A stretch of DNA of 64,000 nt from a virus (Duplodnaviria > Caudoviricetes): IMG/VR virus record IMGVR_UViG_3300042473_000311, positions 1,055 through 65,054 of that record; one strand, 5' to 3'. Positions 55,840-64,000 of this stretch are shown here, in pieces. Made by a program: the position numbers and the translations under genes. The stretch's first letter is position 1. Every line of letters begins with the position of its first letter. The notes beneath the pieces are model-generated. The model was not told the DNA's origin. It did no database searches and saw nothing but the letters and a program-made list of their open reading frames with translations.

Positions 55840-57222
55840 ATGAATTTAAGAACAAGGTCAGAGCAATTAATCATTAAGGAAGTACTCAGTAACCCAGGTG
55901 GCGTTCACGACATCATGGATAGGGTAGATTCCAATATGTTTATTGATCCAACGACAAAACTAATATTTGAAGCTATAACTGACCTATATCTTAACCACGA
56001 GCCTATAAACATCACAACGATAAATGATTCGATAAAGAAGAGTAAGTCTATCTACAACAAGGAAGCTATACTAGAGATGAGTAAAATCATATCTATACCT
56101 GCTGCTATTAACGAGTACGAGAGTTGTATTGATAGCCTAGTAGCAGAAGCAATACGAAGTGAGCATGTTGAATTAGCTGGTAAGCTATCTCTTATGTCTA
56201 ACAGAGATGATTACGACCCTAACGTGGTAATAAATCTATTACAAGACCATTTAGTAAATAACAAATACAAATCATTACTAAATAAGAAAAGCTACGACAA
56301 CGAGACACTACTCAACGAGCTTGAGGAGAAGATGAAGATAGCTGCCGATAGTAATGGTGTATCTGGTATTCGTACAGGATTCCATAAGTTCGATGAGATT
56401 ACCTCTGGTATGCAGCCTACTAACCTAATCATCGTGGCTGCTAGACCTGGTGCTGGTAAGACACAGTTCGGACTTAGCATTATGAAGGCAGCATCCATAC
56501 GTAACAATAAGAAAGGTTTATTTATATCATGCGAGATGGATGAGGTACAAGTAATGAAACGACTCATAGCTGTTGACTCTGGTGTTCAAGGTTACTCAAT
56601 TAAGAAAGGTAGGCTTATGCCTAATGAACGTGGTAGGTTTGAAAGATCCAAGAGAAGAATCTCCGCATCTGGTGTTCGCATCGTAGGAGGATCATTCACT
56701 ATCACCGATGTAATAACCATGGTTCACAAAATGAAATACGCCGAAGGATTGGACTATGTCGTAGTTGATTACATTCAGAAGATTACAAGCCCAGGAGCGC
56801 AGAATAGAACTAATGAGGTAGGTGATGTATCACGTAAACTAAAAGACATGGCAAATGAGCTTAAAATACCTATTGTGGCCCTTGCACAGTTATCTAGAGC
56901 AGTAGAGCTAAGAACTGATAAGCGACCAATACTAAGTGACCTTAGAGAGTCTGGAGATATAGAGCAAGATGCTGATATAGTTTCTTTCCTATTTAGACCT
57001 TCTTATTACCTACCAGGAAACGAGAGAGATACTAGTCCATTAGCTAAGCAAGGATTTGTTTACATAGCCAAGCATAGAGATGGTGAGTTAGCTGATATAG
57101 AGTTAGAGTTTGACTCTGAGATACCAGCGTGGCAAAACATAGGAGATACTGGTGATTACGATGATAACACAGTACAGACTTCCATAGAAAGATTTGATAA
57201 TAATAACGATTTTGATTTTTAA
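55840..57222 (+). CDS. dnaB: Replicative DNA helicase
   Basis: AARPGAGKT, SCEM, VVDYIQ, ALAQLSR, LSDLRESGDIEQDAD, IAKHRDG. Confidence 0.95.
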   Translation: MNLRTRSEQLIIKEVLSNPGGVHDIMDRVDSNMFIDPTTKLIFEAITDLYLNHEPINITTINDSIKKSKSIYNKEAILEMSKIISIPAAINEYESCIDSLVAEAIRSEHVELAGKLSLMSNRDDYDPNVVINLLQDHLVNNKYKSLLNKKSYDNETLLNELEEKMKIAADSNGVSGIRTGFHKFDEITSGMQPTNLIIVAARPGAGKTQFGLSIMKAASIRNNKKGLFISCEMDEVQVMKRLIAVDSGVQGYSIKKGRLMPNERGRFERSKRRISASGVRIVGGSFTITDVITMVHKMKYAEGLDYVVVDYIQKITSPGAQNRTNEVGDVSRKLKDMANELKIPIVALAQLSRAVELRTDKRPILSDLRESGDIEQDADIVSFLFRPSYYLPGNERDTSPLAKQGFVYIAKHRDGELADIELEFDSEIPAWQNIGDTGDYDDNTVQTSIERFDNNNDFDF

Positions 57223-57224
57223 TT

Positions 57225-57695
57225 ATGTACGAAAAGAATGTAGAGCTATTTAAAGGCGTAGAAAGAAAGTTTGCTAAATCAATAGAGAATTTAGGTAAGA
57301 TAAACTTCTCCTCCAAAGATGAAGATATTTACGAGCATTGGGATGTATCAGTTACCATGCAGATAGATGTAAAGGCAATTAAAAAGAATAATGAAAATAT
57401 CCACTATGTAGAGTTGAAAAATGTTTTAGGAAGGCCTGGTTGGTTGTATGGGGATGCCCATTACTTTGCATTTGAAACTCAAGACTATTGGATTATGGTA
57501 GATAAGATTAGATTGCAGGAATTTATTAAAGATAAATGTGCCGCAAAAGAATGGTCTCAAATACCTAGTTTTTATAAACTTACACAAAGAAGAGAAAGAA
57601 AAGATATAATAACTCTTGTAAAAACAATTGATTTAATGTTTATTTGTGATAAAATGATTAAGAAAGATGAAGAACACACCTCAACAAATGGCTGA
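57225..57695 (+). CDS. Possible restriction-fold nuclease
   Basis: EHWD...IDVK...VELKN...GWLYG pattern. Confidence 0.5.
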   Translation: MYEKNVELFKGVERKFAKSIENLGKINFSSKDEDIYEHWDVSVTMQIDVKAIKKNNENIHYVELKNVLGRPGWLYGDAHYFAFETQDYWIMVDKIRLQEFIKDKCAAKEWSQIPSFYKLTQRRERKDIITLVKTIDLMFICDKMIKKDEEHTSTNG

Positions 57696-57900
57696 TATTA
57701 TATTTAAAGAGTATCACAACTGGGTTAAGATAATTAACTATAACGTAGAGTCTAAAAATATAATAGAAGCAATAGCATTAGATATGGCTATATTCGCTGT
57801 TAACACTACGTTAGAAAGCCACAATACTAAAGATGAAATAATATTCTGGAGTAAAGTTAAAAACTTACTAAAAAGTAAGTTACTAAATGGTAAGCTATGA
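57667..57900 (+). CDS. Hypothetical protein
   Basis: 77-aa ORF. Confidence 0.55.
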   Translation: MKNTPQQMADIIFKEYHNWVKIINYNVESKNIIEAIALDMAIFAVNTTLESHNTKDEIIFWSKVKNLLKSKLLNGKL

Positions 57901-58014
57901 GAAGGAGAAGAATAAACTTAAGCAAACAACCTTTAAATAAATGGTTTGTAAAATTGAGAAGAAGATACAAAAATAGGTATAAGTTAAAACGTGATTACAG
58001 TCATTGTGTAAATT

Positions 58015-58299
58015 ATGAGTTTGATTAATCCAGATATATACTGTATGACAATCGTTATACGTGTAGTATTCCCATCCAAGTCTAAATACAAGCCTAGTGA
58101 GATTAGATACGTAACATACGAAGATATACCTGTGCTATCAGTAGATAAAGATATACCAGAGAGAGAAAAGAATAGACTGTATAGAAAAACATTCGATGAG
58201 AAGATACATAAAGGTGATTTTAGTAAATACAATTTTAGCATTGTAGAAATAAAAAAATCTAAATTTTTATCAAAAATTTGTTATCAATATACTTTTTAG
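58015..58299 (+). CDS. Hypothetical protein
   Basis: 94-aa ORF. Confidence 0.55.
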   Translation: MSLINPDIYCMTIVIRVVFPSKSKYKPSEIRYVTYEDIPVLSVDKDIPEREKNRLYRKTFDEKIHKGDFSKYNFSIVEIKKSKFLSKICYQYTF

Positions 58300-58328
58300 T
58301 ACTTTTGTTCAAGCTAAATAATATTAAC

Positions 58329-58940
58329 ATGGAAAGACAATTATTGCAAGTCCTTGATTTTCAGTACGCTTTTGGAATATCTAATCCAGGTAAACCTAAA
58401 ATGTTATCGAAGAAAAGAAAGGCATTAAGACAACTTCTACTAGAAGAAGAAGTACAAGAGTTAAGAGATGCTACAAACATTATAGAAGTAGCTGATGCTC
58501 TTACGGATATTCTATACGTAACGTATGGTACAATCCATGAATATGGTTTAGCAGACAGAGCAACAATGTTGTTTGATGAAGTTCATAGATCCAATATGTC
58601 AAAGGTCGGCCCTGATGGTCAAGCAATCTTTAGGGCTGATGGTAAAGTAATGAAGCCAGAGACTTATACTCAGCCTAACCTTAGACCAATAATTGAAAGA
58701 GACTTCTCTCTATACAAAGAGAATGAGATACTACAGGAATTAGCATCAATGGCTAAACAAGATAATGAAGATCGTATTATAGCTAAGATAAAAAATAAGC
58801 TAAAAATATTTGATAGATTCTTGTTCTGGCTTAACAATAAAATTGAAGCTAATCTAAAGAAAAAGATAGAGGTTAAGTTTCCTGTTAAAGCAAATGGAAG
58901 TATAATCGTTAAAGTGTACGATGAAGAATATGTCGTATGA
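58329..58940 (+). CDS. MazG-like NTP pyrophosphohydrolase
   Basis: LLEEEVQEL, EVADALTDILYVTYG, EVHRSNMSK, DGKVMKP. Confidence 0.88.
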   Translation: MERQLLQVLDFQYAFGISNPGKPKMLSKKRKALRQLLLEEEVQELRDATNIIEVADALTDILYVTYGTIHEYGLADRATMLFDEVHRSNMSKVGPDGQAIFRADGKVMKPETYTQPNLRPIIERDFSLYKENEILQELASMAKQDNEDRIIAKIKNKLKIFDRFLFWLNNKIEANLKKKIEVKFPVKANGSIIVKVYDEEYVV

Positions 58941-59317
58941 TAAGAAGAACTAAGTACGGAAATAAAAAACTAGAAGTTGATGGAGTTAAGTTTGACTCTA
59001 AGCTTGAATTAGTTTGCTATGACCTGCTTAAAAAATTTGAATTTGATTTTGAATTTCAAAAGAAAATAATACTTATAGATGGTTTTAGATACAACAAAAA
59101 AGCAATAAGACCTATCACGTTAACTGTGGATTTTGTAGTCAAGCATAACGATATAGACTACTACATTGATATAAAAGGATTTGCTACAGATGTATCTAAG
59201 ATTAAATATAAAATGCTACGTTATCAGCTTAAAGATAACCCAAAGACAGATGTAATATGGCTTCACTCACAAAGAGCTATACTACAATTATTAAACAATT
59301 TAAAAGAAGAAAAATGA
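58937..59317 (+). CDS. DUF1064-like endonuclease
   Basis: KYGNKK..VDGVKFDSKLE...VDF...DIKG. Confidence 0.85.
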   Translation: MIRRTKYGNKKLEVDGVKFDSKLELVCYDLLKKFEFDFEFQKKIILIDGFRYNKKAIRPITLTVDFVVKHNDIDYYIDIKGFATDVSKIKYKMLRYQLKDNPKTDVIWLHSQRAILQLLNNLKEEK

Positions 59318-59739
59318 GTGTAAACAAAGTAATGCTATTAGGAAATGTTGGAAAAGTAGATTTCGTATCATTTGACAACGGAGGTAAAATCGTAAATATC
59401 TCAGTAGCTACATCAGAGAGCTACAAGAAAGGAGAAGAGTGGATAAATAAAACAGAGTGGCATAGATGCTCTTGTGGTATTCCTTCTATCGTAGAACGAG
59501 CAGAAAGAATTAATAAAGGTGATATGGTTCATGTCGAAGGCTCTATCGTTACAAAAACTTGGGAGAAAGATGGAGAGAAGAGAGAGTCTAAAGAGATTTC
59601 TTTCAATAGTATTAAAGTAATAAGTAAGAATACAAAGTCAGATGAGTCTGAATCGTTTGTTCCTAAGACTAAATCAGAACCTAAAACTGGTAAGCAAGTG
59701 CTTGATTCTATGGAAGATAGCTCAGATTTACCGTTCTAA
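59314..59739 (+). CDS. ssb: Single-stranded DNA-binding protein
   Basis: MSVNKVMLLGNVG, TEWHR, KGDMVHVEG, acidic DLPF tail. Confidence 0.93.
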   Translation: MSVNKVMLLGNVGKVDFVSFDNGGKIVNISVATSESYKKGEEWINKTEWHRCSCGIPSIVERAERINKGDMVHVEGSIVTKTWEKDGEKRESKEISFNSIKVISKNTKSDESESFVPKTKSEPKTGKQVLDSMEDSSDLPF

Positions 59740-59749
59740 ATTATAAAAT

Positions 59750-59980
59750 ATGGAAACGTACCAAGTAGATGCAACACCAGAAGATATAGGTGAGATTGTT
59801 CAGATGATAAGAATACAACATCTTAGGATGCATGTAGATCCATTTGCAGATAAGATAGGTGTTAAACCAAAGGTCGTTATACAAGTTGAAGAAGGGAGAG
59901 GTCCTCATGGGCTTCTCCTTCTTAAAAAAATAGCAGAGACTTTTCCTTCTGTTAAACTTGCTCTAGAAGTAACGTATTAA
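59750..59980 (+). CDS. XRE-like HTH protein
   Basis: FADKIGV.PK...QVEEG pattern. Confidence 0.6.
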   Translation: METYQVDATPEDIGEIVQMIRIQHLRMHVDPFADKIGVKPKVVIQVEEGRGPHGLLLLKKIAETFPSVKLALEVTY

Positions 59981-59998
59981 TCGGTAGAAATCCGATTA
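59978..59998. terminator. Hairpin between convergent arms
   Basis: TAATCGG-tagaaat-CCGATTA; no T tract. Confidence 0.45.
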
Positions 59999-60280
59999 TC
60001 ATTTAAAGAATTGACGTTTCTTGTCGCCTCTATTCTTAGACTGTGCTTGTTTTACAGTCTTGGTTTTGGAGATGTGACTTTCATCCATCCCATCTCCGTT
60101 ACCATGAGTTTTTTTCTTTCTGTTAATAGCTTGTAATATAGCTCTATATTTCTTCCTAGCAGGAGTACTATGATATTCCTTATTGTACTCGTCTCTTTTC
60201 TTACGAGCATCTGGATTCTCTTGATAGAACTTTGCTGTTCTACTCTTTCCTCTTTTCGTGCCTGCTAGTTTATTTCTCAT
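59999..60280 (-). CDS. Basic protein, degenerate HNH-like
   Basis: GDGMDESH...SKNRG. Confidence 0.55.
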   Translation of the reverse strand: MRNKLAGTKRGKSRTAKFYQENPDARKKRDEYNKEYHSTPARKKYRAILQAINRKKKTHGNGDGMDESHISKTKTVKQAQSKNRGDKKRQFFK

Positions 60281-60546
60281 TTCTTAAATCTTCTCAAGAT
60301 AAGCTTTACTATTCTCTTAGCTATAAGAGTACATATACCAGGCTTAGCATCAATCTTAACATCTAACCCCTCTGGAGTTTTTTTAATGTCAATGTCAATG
60401 TTCTTACCATCATATACAAACTCTTTGTTTAGTTCGTCTTTAATGAAAGTAACATCAACATCTTTAGTGTCAATGCTAATCTTTACATTCTTTCCATCTT
60501 TTTCTATATCCACATTAGGTGTGTCTATCTTAATTTTCTTTGCCAT
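60277..60546 (-). CDS. Hypothetical protein in the lysis region
   Basis: 89 aa with repeated IDTxxVD beta units. Confidence 0.6.
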   Translation of the reverse strand: MAKKIKIDTPNVDIEKDGKNVKISIDTKDVDVTFIKDELNKEFVYDGKNIDIDIKKTPEGLDVKIDAKPGICTLIAKRIVKLILRRFKK

Positions 60547-60548
60547 GA

Positions 60549-60983
60549 TTATTTTTTAAATTGTGAGTATTTTCCGTTTGTCATTCTTAAAGCCTGTTTT
60601 CTATTGCCTGTTTTCTTGTAGCTAATGTGAAACCAACCAGCTGAATTTTCAGTTCCGCCTTCAAAAATAGCTTGATCAAAATCTAAGTTTTCAATTATCC
60701 AAATGAATAAAGCCTTATCATGCAAGTCAAGGTCCATTGCTTCACCCTTACAATGCTGAGAGGTAGTACTCCCACCTATAGCCTTATTAAGTGCGGCAGA
60801 ACGGAAGCCGCTATTTATTTTGATAGGCTTTCCTACTTTCGCTCTAATTGGTTGAAATACTTTAGTGCATAATAGTTTTGCAGATTCAATTTGTGCTGCA
60901 TTCATTTTGTTAGCAATGCCTTTTGCTGTTGCTGTGGGAGATGCTTCAAATTCAGCTATCGTTACGTTTTCGCTAAGTTTCAT
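60549..60983 (-). CDS. Endolysin, peptidase M15A family
   Basis: SGFRS..LN..IGGS.TSQH..GEA.D...WFHISY. Confidence 0.88.
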   Translation of the reverse strand: MKLSENVTIAEFEASPTATAKGIANKMNAAQIESAKLLCTKVFQPIRAKVGKPIKINSGFRSAALNKAIGGSTTSQHCKGEAMDLDLHDKALFIWIIENLDFDQAIFEGGTENSAGWFHISYKKTGNRKQALRMTNGKYSQFKK

Positions 60984-61121
60984 TTTCTATTTTTATAAAT
61001 TATATACAAACTTACAATAAATAATAGAATAAAAACAACTACACCTGTATTATCTATTTGATTAATAGTTTCTATATCTTGAATGTAATTAACGCTTATT
61101 AAGCTGTCAGCTTTCAATAAA

Positions 61122-61364
61122 CTATCTACGTACAAGTCGTTTTCCATCCTCTGTCAATATAGCTACTGAATCTGATCTTTCAGGAATGATTGGTTCTTCT
61201 TTCTTGTCTTTACTTATGGTGTATTCACGCCCCTCTAAACAATGAAACAATCTATCTTTTAAATCTTGAACTTCAAAGTGTGTATATCCTAACCATAAAG
61301 CAAGAACTCCAATAGCTCCATGCTTCTTTATCATTTCTAGTATTTGACCTGTAAGTGGTATCAT
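61122..61364 (-). CDS. Possible holin
   Basis: Single hydrophobic segment (GAIGVLALWLGY) upstream of the endolysin. Confidence 0.5.
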   Translation of the reverse strand: MIPLTGQILEMIKKHGAIGVLALWLGYTHFEVQDLKDRLFHCLEGREYTISKDKKEEPIIPERSDSVAILTEDGKRLVRR

Positions 61365-61431
61365 AATTAATTGTTTAAGCAAATTTACTAAAAAAATAAT
61401 TACTATGTATTTTTACTTATTCAAATTAATA

Positions 61432-62253
61432 TTACACTTGGCGAGCCAAGGCTGTGTTAAATAATTGTACCGCTGTATAAAAGTTAGCTGATTCGGTATC
61501 TGTTAAGCCGTCTGAAATAAAAAATAAAGCATATTGTCTATTCGTAGGATATTGTAAACCTCCATTATTATTGAAGCCTCCAAGCCAAATTTCAGCATTA
61601 CAATTTCCACTACTTGCTGTCGTGCCAGTAGTTAATAAAGTTCCGTTTTTATAGTTTTTTATTGTAGTTGCCGCTGTTCTACTTCCTATATAAAATCCCT
61701 GTGAGTTTGTGTTGGCAGATGTAGTATATATTAAACCTGAATTTATAGTGTTATAGATAGAATTTAAATATCTTGCGTAAAAAACATCATAAATACCATT
61801 GGAACCAACACCTCCAATATCAACAGTTAAAGAATCATTATTTGTTCTTGAATAAAAACCATAAGCAAATGAATTTTGAGCCGTTACCGCACTTGGAATA
61901 AAACCAGTATTGCCGTAACTATTTGCCGCATTTCCATTAACTCCATTTGCTCCCCAAGTCCACCCACCGTTCCAAGCAATTTGATATTGTGCTGTGTTCT
62001 TTAAATTGTAACTTGTTGAAGTTGAAGTACCCCCTACAAATGGATACAAAGCTTTCATTTTTGTCCAAATGTTGTATCCTTTCAAGTCAACTACCAAAGT
62101 ATTAATAGCGCTTGATATAGTAGCATCAGTAATACCAGCAGCTGTTAGAAATGCTTGCGCATCTGGATCAATAGAAGCAACAGCAGGAAGTATTATATTA
62201 CATCCCTTAGTTCCTGCGCTTAATACCTTACCTAAATATATACTAGCTCCCAT
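61432..62253 (-). CDS. Probable tail/receptor-binding protein (lectin/LamG-like), paralogue A
   Basis: DPDAQAF.TAA...LKGYNIWTKMKA.YP; beta-rich; near-identical ends to 63065-63868. Confidence 0.6.
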   Translation of the reverse strand: MGASIYLGKVLSAGTKGCNIILPAVASIDPDAQAFLTAAGITDATISSAINTLVVDLKGYNIWTKMKALYPFVGGTSTSTSYNLKNTAQYQIAWNGGWTWGANGVNGNAANSYGNTGFIPSAVTAQNSFAYGFYSRTNNDSLTVDIGGVGSNGIYDVFYARYLNSIYNTINSGLIYTTSANTNSQGFYIGSRTAATTIKNYKNGTLLTTGTTASSGNCNAEIWLGGFNNNGGLQYPTNRQYALFFISDGLTDTESANFYTAVQLFNTALARQV

Positions 62254-62807
62254 TAATATGTTTTGTTTAAAATAAATATATCACTATAAATGCTATTACC
62301 TGGATCTGCCGCTCCCCATTGTACTGTTATATTCAATGTATTAGCTATAGTAGTATCAAAGGTGGTATTGTTAACTACATTAAAAGCAAATCCTTGAACA
62401 CTAGCGTTAGATGTCTTAGCATAATGAAATGTACCTAATGAGACTATAGAAGCTACACCAGGGCCACCTAGTTGTCTAACAGTAAAATCTACATTCAAAG
62501 AGAATACATCATTAGTAATATTAGTAATGTTTTGAGCAAGACTATCTAGTAATACAATAGAACCAGCCTTGACTCTTATTCTTATAGTTTGATTATTAGC
62601 AGCATTTAATACACCAGCTGTAACAACTCTAAAACTATCACCTACTTTAAAAGCATTAGCAGGAACAGATAAGCTACCTACTCCTCCATTAATTAGAGAT
62701 GTCTCTACTGTAGTATTAGTAATAGGAGTACTGTTTGCTGTTTGAGCAAATAAACCTCCTGTTATAGTATAAGGATTAGCAGATAATATGTTTATCTGTG
62801 TACTCAT
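62253..62807 (-). CDS. Probable tail structural protein
   Basis: Beta-rich T/N/V protein among the tail genes. Confidence 0.5.
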   Translation of the reverse strand: MSTQINILSANPYTITGGLFAQTANSTPITNTTVETSLINGGVGSLSVPANAFKVGDSFRVVTAGVLNAANNQTIRIRVKAGSIVLLDSLAQNITNITNDVFSLNVDFTVRQLGGPGVASIVSLGTFHYAKTSNASVQGFAFNVVNNTTFDTTIANTLNITVQWGAADPGNSIYSDIFILNKTY

Positions 62808-63055
62808 TCAAAAGGTGGTGGTGTTGGTTTTGGTTCGTAAGGAATTAAATCAAGGTCTTTAACCCAAAGATAATCTGGATTAACGCATTGCTCCATTTCT
62901 TCAACTGATATTACCCAATTGTCGTTAACATCTTGGATAGGATTGAAATAGCTATCTGGTGCATACCATTGACCGATTAATTCGTCTTTTTGTAACTCAG
63001 TAAGCAAACCTACATAAGTTAGTCTTTGTTCTTTTGTTAATTCGTTTAGTTTCAT
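62804..63055 (-). CDS. Small tail-associated protein
   Basis: YFNPIQD..DNWVISVEE...PKP; follows the lectin-like gene. Confidence 0.55.
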   Translation of the reverse strand: MKLNELTKEQRLTYVGLLTELQKDELIGQWYAPDSYFNPIQDVNDNWVISVEEMEQCVNPDYLWVKDLDLIPYEPKPTPPPFE

Positions 63056-63064
63056 ATCTTATAA

Positions 63065-63868
63065 TTAAATATTTCTGGAAAGTGCCACTTGGAATGCTTG
63101 TACCGCTGTGTAAAAGTTAGCCGCTTCGGTATCTGTTAAACCATCTCCTATTGAAGCAAAGGCACATTGTTTTGCTGAATATAAATCATTTGTTCCTACA
63201 CCGCCTCTTCTAAATAAATTTAAAATATAAGAAGAACCTCCAGTATATGAATTTATATTTGTTCCCGTACCTAAACTACTTCCATTTCTATAAGTTTTCC
63301 AAGTATTATTAGCTGTTCTGCTGTTTAAAATTAAACCTCTTGAATCAGCAACACTTGGGTTTAATCTTCCCGTTTGCGCATCGCATTGATTGTTTAAATA
63401 TGTACTTCCACTTCTTACAATAAAACACTCTTCTGTTCCTGCACTATTTCCACTACCAAATTCACACCCTAAAGTAGTTGAGTTAGTTCTAATATAAGTT
63501 GAAATATGGCTACTTAATGCTGTTGTTGAATCAAACGAAAAACCTGTTTGACCATAACCATTTGTCCCATTAGGTAAAACACCTGTTGAGCTGTGCGTTA
63601 TACCACCATTCCAAGTTATTTGATATTGTGCTGTATTACGCAAATTATAAGAATGACTTGTGCTACTTCCCCCGACCATTGGATAAATTGCTTTCATTTT
63701 AGTCCAAATGTTATAACCCTTCAAGTCAACTACCAAAGTATTAATAGCCGCTTGTTGAGTAGGGTCTGTTATTGCAGCCGCTGTTATGAATGCTTGTGCA
63801 TCGGGGTCAACAGCAGGAGCTAAAGAAGCTAAATAAATACCAGTATTTCCACCTAAGATAACAGGCAT
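63065..63868 (-). CDS. Probable tail/receptor-binding protein, paralogue B
   Basis: Same conserved ends as 61432-62253. Confidence 0.6.
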   Translation of the reverse strand: MPVILGGNTGIYLASLAPAVDPDAQAFITAAAITDPTQQAAINTLVVDLKGYNIWTKMKAIYPMVGGSSTSHSYNLRNTAQYQITWNGGITHSSTGVLPNGTNGYGQTGFSFDSTTALSSHISTYIRTNSTTLGCEFGSGNSAGTEECFIVRSGSTYLNNQCDAQTGRLNPSVADSRGLILNSRTANNTWKTYRNGSSLGTGTNINSYTGGSSYILNLFRRGGVGTNDLYSAKQCAFASIGDGLTDTEAANFYTAVQAFQVALSRNI

Positions 63869-63870
63869 AG

Positions 63871-64000
63871 TTATGCGACATAAATGATTATAAACTCAGT
63901 TCCAGTAGCATTGTAAGCAAATGAATCAAAGAAGTTGTTTATCGCATCTGCTGAGAAGTTTAATACTTCTCCTGGCTTAATTGTAACACCAGCTAATACA
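63871..64000 (-). CDS. 3' end of a gene entering from beyond the window (partial)
   Basis: Open frame ...VTIKPGEVLNFSADA...IIIYVA* with stop at 63871. Confidence 0.6.
   Translation of the reverse strand, partial: VLAGVTIKPGEVLNFSADAINNFFDSFAYNATGTEFIIIYVA

Noticed and set aside
61432-63868. Diversity-generating retroelement
   Set aside because: No reverse transcriptase in the window; differences between the paralogues are not adenine-specific and both are full ORFs
1-64000. Stop-codon reassignment as in some crAss-like phages
   Set aside because: Genes are intact under the standard code, and TAA, TAG and TGA all terminate ORFs

Overview
This window is most of the genome of an AT-rich tailed dsDNA phage (Caudoviricetes, probably podovirus-like). 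The host is inferred to be Bacteroidota, because the TAnnTTTG (-7) promoter element precedes about 17 genes. Positions 1-42073 are mostly minus-strand late genes: Cys-rich virion proteins, two very large probable ejection proteins flanking a ferritin (one carries an ADP-ribosyltransferase-like domain), tail stabilisation and ring proteins, major capsid, scaffold, portal, four S74-chaperone tail-spike paralogues, large terminase, four tiny basic proteins, an intein-split metallophosphoesterase, a RepL-like protein and an HNH nuclease. A plus-strand island at about 30.2-31.8 kb holds non-canonical tRNA-like RNAs and a PD-(D/E)XK nuclease. A non-coding strand switch of about 1 kb (42074-43123) contains six phased 21-bp palindromes and is followed by a cluster of nine GCGAAGC heptamers. 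Positions 43124-59980 are plus-strand early and replication genes: amidoligase plus class II glutamine amidotransferase, an initiator with iterons and an antisense-type leader, a cassette-like array of small genes joined by a 21-nt repeat, Sak recombinase, DnaB, MazG-like protein and SSB. Positions 59999-64000 are lysis and tail genes. No integrase, DNA or RNA polymerase, reverse transcriptase or cas gene was recognised. All assignments come from motif reading by eye; no searches were run.
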